The notes under the pieces: model-generated
The model's database searches: none
What the model was told of the DNA's origin: nothing
The model's input: the letters and a program-made list of their open reading frames with translations, nothing else
Program-made: the position numbers and the translations under genes
IMG/VR virus record: IMGVR_UViG_2565956960_000004
Location: 1 to 64,000 of that record
Length of the DNA stretch: 64,000 nucleotides
DNA from: a virus
Taxonomy: Duplodnaviria > Caudoviricetes
Strand: one strand, 5' to 3'
Shown here: positions 58,072-64,000 of the stretch, piece by piece
Layout of the letters: each line of letters begins with the position of its first letter
How positions within the stretch are numbered: the first letter of the stretch is position 1

Positions 58072-60942
58072 ATGAACAAGATCGATAATATTTCTAACGA
58101 TTCTGATGCATTAACCGCAATTGATGCAATGATTTCAAAATTGGGCAAACAAGTTATTACTGAATGGGATGGTGAAAAGGCCAGTAAAACGTACCAAGAA
58201 TATCTATCAAATTTAGATCAATATGACGGCAAACTTTTAAGTGCATCGAAGGCTTATTTCAATGATCACCTCAATGGGAAGGTCGTTCAAACTAAAATAG
58301 GTTTGGTCCGTATTAATTCAAGATCCCGAGGAAAAGTGCATGACCGTATGCGGGATGTGAAATATCTTGCAATTCCATATATTCCTGATGTTTTAATGAC
58401 GGGTGAAGTTGGTGATTTAGTACCTTTGAACAAAGATCGTGAAGATAGCGCCGTTGGTTATTATCATTTTACTAAGGGCATAAATCTTAAAGATTTCACC
58501 TTAAACATAACTTTGAAAGTCGCTTTAGATGCTGATGGCAATTTATTGTATTTCTTAGGGGCTGCAAAAGAAAAAGCCAACTTACGGTCTATCTCTCATG
58601 CTCAAGGCACCACAGACTCTAAAGCTGGCTTTGATTCTATTGAATCATACGAAGATGAAGAAATCAATATAATCGTACAAGTTTTAGACAAAGAAGGTAA
58701 TGCACTAACCGAAGAAGAAGCTGAAGCATTACTTTGGGGGGATAACCAAAAGGTTGGACCTAAGATCGTTAAAGGAAGAACCAACAATGTGAAAACGGCG
58801 AAGGGAACCAAGGTTTCTACCATTTTTGCAGTCGTCGAGTCTGACCAGGTGATAGTTTCACATACTGCCAGTGGAAGCGAAAACCCGAATTATCCGCAAG
58901 AACTACAACCGCGGGACCGCAGCCGTGAGGCATCACAGGCGTGGGTTCAGAAAACTTCAAATACACTAGATCCTGAAAGTTTGGGCCGTTCTGGTCGAGC
59001 TGATACTGGAGCACCCATTATTGGGGATGATTTAGTGGTTGAATCTGGAAATGGCCGCACCATGGCAATACAACTTGCTTATGAGCGTGGCAGTGCCGAT
59101 GAATATAAGCAATGGTTGATTGATGAGGCAGAGTATTTTGGATTTAGTTTTGAGCAACTAGAAAGCTTTAAACAACCTATTCTGGTCCGTATAAGAACAT
59201 CGGAAGTTGATCGTGCACAATTCACTGTAGAGGCGAATCAAGATGACAAATTATCTTTTACTGCAACTGAAAGGGCAAAATCAGACGCCAAACGATTAGA
59301 TGAGAATTTAATATCTCTTTTTGCGCCTGGTGACGATGGTGATCTTTTAACGGTCGGTAATCAAAAGTTTGTTCAATCCTTTCTTAAATCCATCGGCGAA
59401 ACGGAAGCGGCTCAATATATCAGTACCGATGGAAAACCTACACAGGCCCTTGTAACGCGCATTAAAGCAGCAATATTTAGCAAGGCTTATAATGATGACC
59501 GCTTACTTGAAATGATGGCAGATCAATCAAAGCCGGATCTGCAAAACATGCTTAATGCGCTTAGTGTTGCGGCACCAAAATTTATTGAGGCACAAGCTGC
59601 CAGCCGTGGAAATGTCCAAGAAGTATCAAGTGCGATTGTTGATAGTATTGAACAGTCCCTTGATAAGCGTGTTGCAAATGCCATTATCGATGCTGCAAAT
59701 ACAATCATGGCCGCTAAGAGCAATGACCAGGATATTGTGGAGTTTGTAAAACAGCAGGGACTGTTTGGGGATTTGGGCGAAGGTGTTGCAGAACTTGCAG
59801 TCTTTCTCGCTAAAAATAGCCGAAGTGCAAAGAAAATGAGCTTACTATTTAAGGCCATGGCTCAATTTGCAGAAAAACAGGCAATCGATGGGCAAAACAT
59901 GGGGCTATTTGGAGAACCTGAGCCTGTAAGCATTAAAGATGCGATTAATTATGCCGTCACCATCATTGAAGAAAACTATGGTGAAAACACCAATTTAAGT
60001 ATGTTTGATTCAATTTGGAATGATAATACCTGGTTTGATCACCTTTTCGAAGGTTATAACCGTTTAACTGAATTTGATAAGAAAGCACATGAAGCAGCAA
60101 CTTCATCGCTGAATAGTTTAGATTCTCCAACTCAGGAACAGAAACTTACTGGTGAATACCAAAAAGGACGTTTCTCAATTGGTGATTTAAAAATAGCAAT
60201 CGAAAATCCCGCCGGATCAACTCGATCTGGGGTTGATCCCGAAGGGAAAGAATGGAAAATAAAACTGAGTCATCATTATGGCTTCATTGAAAATACAACA
60301 GGTGCCGATGGTGATGAAATTGATGTGTTTGTTAAGAATCATCTGGCGCAAGAACCAGAATTTGCCTATATCATCAGTCAAATAAATTCAGATGGCTCAT
60401 TTGATGAACAAAAAGTGATATTAGGTGCCGATACAGAAGAAGAAGCCCAAGCAATCTATATGTCTAATTATGCGGAAGGGTGGCAAGGTTTTGGGGGAAT
60501 AAAAAAGATTTCAATGAAGGATTTGCTTACCAAGATTCAACATACGTGGTCCGAGTTCGACTCTTGGGCAATGGATGGAAACTACGAGCATATTCCAGTT
60601 GATAAAATCAATATTGAAAATGCCCCAAAAATTCATGAAAGCAAAATAAGTAAAGAGGACCCAATTGTTGTAATAGAAAAACATGGGAAGTATTTTCTGG
60701 TTGCCGGCAAAGATCGCCTAGCGCTGGCTAAACAAAGAGGTGAAAAATTCATTCCCGCAATCATTTTTGATGATAAAGATGTGAAAACTTCAATCATTCA
60801 AAAGGCAATAAAACAAGCTGGTTCGTTAGTGGATCCTGTGGCATTGGCAGCGCTAATCATAGATGAGCTGGATAAAAGCTTGATGAAGGATTTTGATGAT
60901 GCTTCTATTGCGTATTTAGACGTTCTTTATCAATCTAAGTGA
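58072..60942 (+). CDS. ddrB: DdrB-like polyvalent protein (LPD3-like, ddrB-ParB, InPase-like and ParB-like domains)
   Basis: YPQELQPRDR...GAPII...VESGNGR (ddrB-ParB); IAIENPAGSTRSG...HYGFI..TTGADGDEIDVF...FDEQKV (InPase-like); PIVV...LVAGKDRL. Confidence 0.8.
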   Translation: MNKIDNISNDSDALTAIDAMISKLGKQVITEWDGEKASKTYQEYLSNLDQYDGKLLSASKAYFNDHLNGKVVQTKIGLVRINSRSRGKVHDRMRDVKYLAIPYIPDVLMTGEVGDLVPLNKDREDSAVGYYHFTKGINLKDFTLNITLKVALDADGNLLYFLGAAKEKANLRSISHAQGTTDSKAGFDSIESYEDEEINIIVQVLDKEGNALTEEEAEALLWGDNQKVGPKIVKGRTNNVKTAKGTKVSTIFAVVESDQVIVSHTASGSENPNYPQELQPRDRSREASQAWVQKTSNTLDPESLGRSGRADTGAPIIGDDLVVESGNGRTMAIQLAYERGSADEYKQWLIDEAEYFGFSFEQLESFKQPILVRIRTSEVDRAQFTVEANQDDKLSFTATERAKSDAKRLDENLISLFAPGDDGDLLTVGNQKFVQSFLKSIGETEAAQYISTDGKPTQALVTRIKAAIFSKAYNDDRLLEMMADQSKPDLQNMLNALSVAAPKFIEAQAASRGNVQEVSSAIVDSIEQSLDKRVANAIIDAANTIMAAKSNDQDIVEFVKQQGLFGDLGEGVAELAVFLAKNSRSAKKMSLLFKAMAQFAEKQAIDGQNMGLFGEPEPVSIKDAINYAVTIIEENYGENTNLSMFDSIWNDNTWFDHLFEGYNRLTEFDKKAHEAATSSLNSLDSPTQEQKLTGEYQKGRFSIGDLKIAIENPAGSTRSGVDPEGKEWKIKLSHHYGFIENTTGADGDEIDVFVKNHLAQEPEFAYIISQINSDGSFDEQKVILGADTEEEAQAIYMSNYAEGWQGFGGIKKISMKDLLTKIQHTWSEFDSWAMDGNYEHIPVDKINIENAPKIHESKISKEDPIVVIEKHGKYFLVAGKDRLALAKQRGEKFIPAIIFDDKDVKTSIIQKAIKQAGSLVDPVALAALIIDELDKSLMKDFDDASIAYLDVLYQSK

Positions 60943-60943
60943 T

Positions 60944-60984
60944 TGGAACATTTTAAAATTTAAACGCATTCCACCCCTTAACAT
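60944..60984 (+). promoter_or_regulatory. late promoter motif 14
   Basis: TGGAAC-N29-TAACAT. Confidence 0.7.
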
Positions 60985-61016
60985 GGCCCTAAGAAAAATC
61001 CCATGTTGAGGGTTGT

Positions 61017-64000
61017 ATGTCCATATTTGAAAATAACTTTTCTTTAAAGCCTGAAAATGTTCTTAGTTCTCTCGATAAATTAATTGATGCGCTAAAAAGC
61101 ATTAATGAAATTACGCAATACTTTAAAAAAGTCTTATCAGGTGAAATTGCGATTGATCGTAATGAAGTCGTAAAGGTCTTATCTTACGCGGAACTTGATG
61201 CAGATAATGAGCTCCTAAAGCAAGTCGCTGACTTTTTGCTGAATGATTCAATTCATAAGCTTGATTCCAACTTGCGTGATTTTATTGTTAAAGGTACGCC
61301 GGATGGTGTTTTAGATAAAATTAAAACTGCACAAGTCTATTATCTTTGTGAAGAAGAATTAATTGAATACATTACACGAAAGGGCAAACCTTTACTTGTA
61401 TTAGCACTTCAAAATGTACCTATCAAAACAGCAAAAGAACATGATCCTTATGCCTTTATTTACAGTGGTCATGTCGTTGTACGTGCTAAACACCTTCCTG
61501 AATTACCAGATACGCTATTAACAGATTCACAGATATTAGTAAAAGAGGCTTTGTCGAATGTTACAAATACCGATTCAGATTTGGCACAACTTAGCGAACT
61601 TCGTCGCGGATCAGGAAGATCAACAGTTGCTGACGCTCAACCAGGTGGAAATGGAACAGAGATTGGAGCAACAGGCCAAGCTGTTAATGACCGAGGGATA
61701 CTCCGAGACGGTGGTACTGGGGTATCAGAAACTAATGATGCAAGTTTACTTGGCACAGGAAATAGAGGAGATGAACCTGCAATCGGGAGAGGTGCAACCA
61801 GTTCTACAGGGGATGACAGCAGCCGAAGCAGTACAGGTATTAGCTCAAGATCATCTATTAGAGCTAAACGAGATAGATCAATTGTTCAATCTGCTAAGTC
61901 AGCTCGAGCTGAGCTAGATGCTAAGGCACAATTACAAGCTGCAGCTGAAGGGACACCAACAGAATGGTGTGATACTCAAAACATTAGTGAGGCTCTACCA
62001 TATCTATTGTCAGAACAATGTGATGATGTCTTTATAGCTGAAAAGCGTTTAATCCAAGATGATGCCAATGGCGTGTTATTTACAAATGGCACAGGTACAG
62101 GCAAAACTTTTACAGGGCTTGGCGTTGTTAAACGGTTTTTGAATGCCGGCTTAAAAAATATCTTAATCGTCACTTTAAGCGATAAAATTGCACGTGATTT
62201 TATCAAGTCTGGTACACCTTTAAATATTAAGATTCACCAATTGAGTGATACCCAAGATAACGGCGGGGACTCAAATGTTGTCGTCACTACATACGCAAAT
62301 TTTGGTCAAAATAAATCTTTAGGCAAAAAGGATTGGGACCTCATTATTGTTGATGAAGCGCATACTCTCATGCAAAGCGCGGATGGTGAAACAACATCAG
62401 CATTGAATAACTTGCGGGGCTTAACCGGACATCATGCTGGCTTCTATGCATGGGCAAAAATGCGGTTTTCAGAGCATGATCCATATGTCCTTCCCAAAGA
62501 AGAACGTACTGAGGAAATGGTCCGTGAATGGAATGAATTACTCCATGATCACAAAGTAGAGTGGGAAAAAAATTGGGCCAATCAAACAGGGAAGCGTGCA
62601 AAGGTTGTATTTCTTTCAGCAACGCCGTTTGCTTATATAAAAACCGTTGACTGGGCAGAGGGCTATTTATTCAATTTCAAGGCCCCACAAGCTCAATATG
62701 ACAATGATTCGTCAGGGGGCTATAACTCTGGTGGTGCGCGTGAACAATTCTACATGTCGAATTTCGGCTATAGAATGCGCTATAACAAACTTACGCGTCC
62801 AGTAGGTGGAGTTGATGAAGGCGTATTTGAACGTCAATTTGCTGAAACCTTAAAGAAATCAGGGGCCATGGCAGGTCGTGAGCTGCAGCTCAAGTTTGAC
62901 TATGATCGAAAATTTATCTTAATCCGGTCTAATGTAGGCCAAAAAATTGATGAAGGTTTGGATTATCTCTGGGATACCAAAGATGATAAAGGGAACAGTA
63001 AATATTCTGATTTAAGCAGTCTGGTCAACAAACGATTTGATTATCTATCTCGTCGTCGCTTACTTGAAGCAATTAAGGCTGAAGAAGGAATTCCCTTCTT
63101 TAAAAAGAACCTTGCTTTAGGTCGAAAAGTTATTATTTTCCATGATTATAATGATGGTGGCGGCTTTAAGCCTTTTGCTTTCACCGATGAACAATTTAGA
63201 TCAAAAAAAGATGGTGAGTACAACGCTGTGGCAGCTGCTCAATATCAGATGTTAGTTCAAGAACGACCTGATTTGATTCGTTTGAACTGCAATTACAATT
63301 CGCCGCTGGTAACTTTACGCCGAGCATTCCCAAATGCATTGTTATTTAATGGGCGTATATCGAAAAAAGACCGTCAAAAAAATGTAGATATGTTTAACCA
63401 GGATAACAGTGGCTATGACATGTTAATCGTGCAGTCGGACGCTGGTTCAACCGGTATTTCTTTGCATGATACGACGGGAACACACCAACGCGTAAACATT
63501 AATATCGGCCAACCGATTAAACCCGCCAAGTTGCGCCAAACGGAAGGGCGTATTTATCGGGTTGGACAAGCTTCTAATGCGATTCAACGATATTTCACCA
63601 CAGGGACAAATTGGGAACGCATGGCTTTTGCAGAGACAATTGCTGGACGAGCGGAAACGGTGGATAACCTGGCAAAAGGTGAGGATGCCCTAGTTAGTAT
63701 TAAACAGGCATTGATCCAAGCATATGAAGAAGCTGATTACCATGAGCCATCATTATTAGATGGTATCGGCGGTAAGGCATATGATGAAGAAAATGCCCGT
63801 ATAGCTAGACTATCGCCATTTGATAAGGCAATGACCTATTACTATGCTAAAGGCAAGAGAACCGAAAGCCGCCAAAATAGGGAAGGCAAAGAGTGGTATG
63901 CAACGCCTGAGCCGTTAGGTTACAAAATGCTTGAATGGGCCGGTGTTCACAAGGGGGATGATGTACTAGAACCGAGTGCTGGTGATGGGGCAATTGGACG
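61017..64000 (+). CDS. DarB-like large SF2 helicase plus DNA methyltransferase protein (truncated by window end; absent from ORF track)
   Basis: GAGG RBS; in-frame TNGTGTGKT, DEAH, LSATPF, GSTGISLHD, QTEGRIYR, then WYATP and VLEPSAGDG. Confidence 0.88.
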   Translation, partial: MSIFENNFSLKPENVLSSLDKLIDALKSINEITQYFKKVLSGEIAIDRNEVVKVLSYAELDADNELLKQVADFLLNDSIHKLDSNLRDFIVKGTPDGVLDKIKTAQVYYLCEEELIEYITRKGKPLLVLALQNVPIKTAKEHDPYAFIYSGHVVVRAKHLPELPDTLLTDSQILVKEALSNVTNTDSDLAQLSELRRGSGRSTVADAQPGGNGTEIGATGQAVNDRGILRDGGTGVSETNDASLLGTGNRGDEPAIGRGATSSTGDDSSRSSTGISSRSSIRAKRDRSIVQSAKSARAELDAKAQLQAAAEGTPTEWCDTQNISEALPYLLSEQCDDVFIAEKRLIQDDANGVLFTNGTGTGKTFTGLGVVKRFLNAGLKNILIVTLSDKIARDFIKSGTPLNIKIHQLSDTQDNGGDSNVVVTTYANFGQNKSLGKKDWDLIIVDEAHTLMQSADGETTSALNNLRGLTGHHAGFYAWAKMRFSEHDPYVLPKEERTEEMVREWNELLHDHKVEWEKNWANQTGKRAKVVFLSATPFAYIKTVDWAEGYLFNFKAPQAQYDNDSSGGYNSGGAREQFYMSNFGYRMRYNKLTRPVGGVDEGVFERQFAETLKKSGAMAGRELQLKFDYDRKFILIRSNVGQKIDEGLDYLWDTKDDKGNSKYSDLSSLVNKRFDYLSRRRLLEAIKAEEGIPFFKKNLALGRKVIIFHDYNDGGGFKPFAFTDEQFRSKKDGEYNAVAAAQYQMLVQERPDLIRLNCNYNSPLVTLRRAFPNALLFNGRISKKDRQKNVDMFNQDNSGYDMLIVQSDAGSTGISLHDTTGTHQRVNINIGQPIKPAKLRQTEGRIYRVGQASNAIQRYFTTGTNWERMAFAETIAGRAETVDNLAKGEDALVSIKQALIQAYEEADYHEPSLLDGIGGKAYDEENARIARLSPFDKAMTYYYAKGKRTESRQNREGKEWYATPEPLGYKMLEWAGVHKGDDVLEPSAGDGAIG
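61558..61917 (+). CDS. 119-aa gene nested in the +1 frame of the DarB-like gene
   Basis: AGAGG RBS 9 nt before ATG; acidic helical product; the host frame becomes a G/S/T/R-rich linker over the same span. Confidence 0.6.
   Translation: MLQIPIQIWHNLANFVADQEDQQLLTLNQVEMEQRLEQQAKLLMTEGYSETVVLGYQKLMMQVYLAQEIEEMNLQSGEVQPVLQGMTAAEAVQVLAQDHLLELNEIDQLFNLLSQLELS

Larger units (their letters stand above)
1..64000. mobile_element. Temperate phage/prophage segment: lambdoid immunity and replication region joined to a P1-like contractile-tail virion with Dar antirestriction cargo
   Basis: Continuous phage gene content (cI/cro, initiator, terminase, portal, capsid, sheath, baseplate); no host housekeeping genes; both ends lie outside the window. 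Confidence 0.95.

Noticed and set aside
22874..60984. GGAAC motif as a host sigmaE/ECF -35 box
   Set aside because: The conserved partner element lies 28-29 nt downstream and is AAAAT-like, not the 16-17 nt TCTnA spacing of RpoE promoters
61976..62622. Minus-strand ORFs 61976..62206 and 62368..62622, and most other short antisense ORFs in the track
   Set aside because: Shadows of long + strand genes, without RBS or protein-like composition
1..64000. tRNA/rRNA genes, integrase, endolysin, IS elements
   Set aside because: None recognised by eye; a tRNAscan/Infernal run would be needed to exclude small RNAs

Overview
The whole 64 kb window is part of one AT-rich temperate phage or prophage. 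The host is probably Acinetobacter/Moraxellaceae (inferred from protein style). No integrase, att site or endolysin is visible, and both ends are truncated. The genome is a mosaic. Bases 1-22 kb form a lambdoid early region: a leftward operon (Fis homologue, Rad52-like annealing protein, beta-clamp-like protein, YfdQ/YfdP), a cI/cro switch with six 17-bp operators, an antirepressor, three tandem DNA methyltransferases, a DUF1376 initiator with iterons, and RusA. Bases 22.9-64 kb encode a phage-P1-type myovirus virion (Sit-like tape measure with lysozyme, BplA, Pro, PacB with a mini-intein, gp23 capsid, a split sheath, Prt portal) plus P1-like Dar antirestriction head cargo (hdf, darA, ddrA, ddrB and a DarB-like helicase-methylase that runs off the end). 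AT-rich morons are interleaved. Main observations: (1) a 14-copy late promoter, TGGAAC-N28/29-nAAAAT, often coupled to hairpins that sequester the RBS or start codon; (2) a 119-aa gene with its own RBS overprinted inside the DarB-like gene; (3) a recurring FD(S) motif in head and cargo proteins that falls at DdrB domain boundaries, suggesting polyprotein processing by the prohead protease; (4) a Tad1-like anti-defence sponge; (5) LprI and a soluble TolA domain III as candidate exclusion factors; (6) a split, partly duplicated tail sheath. All homology calls come from motif recognition by eye, not database searches.
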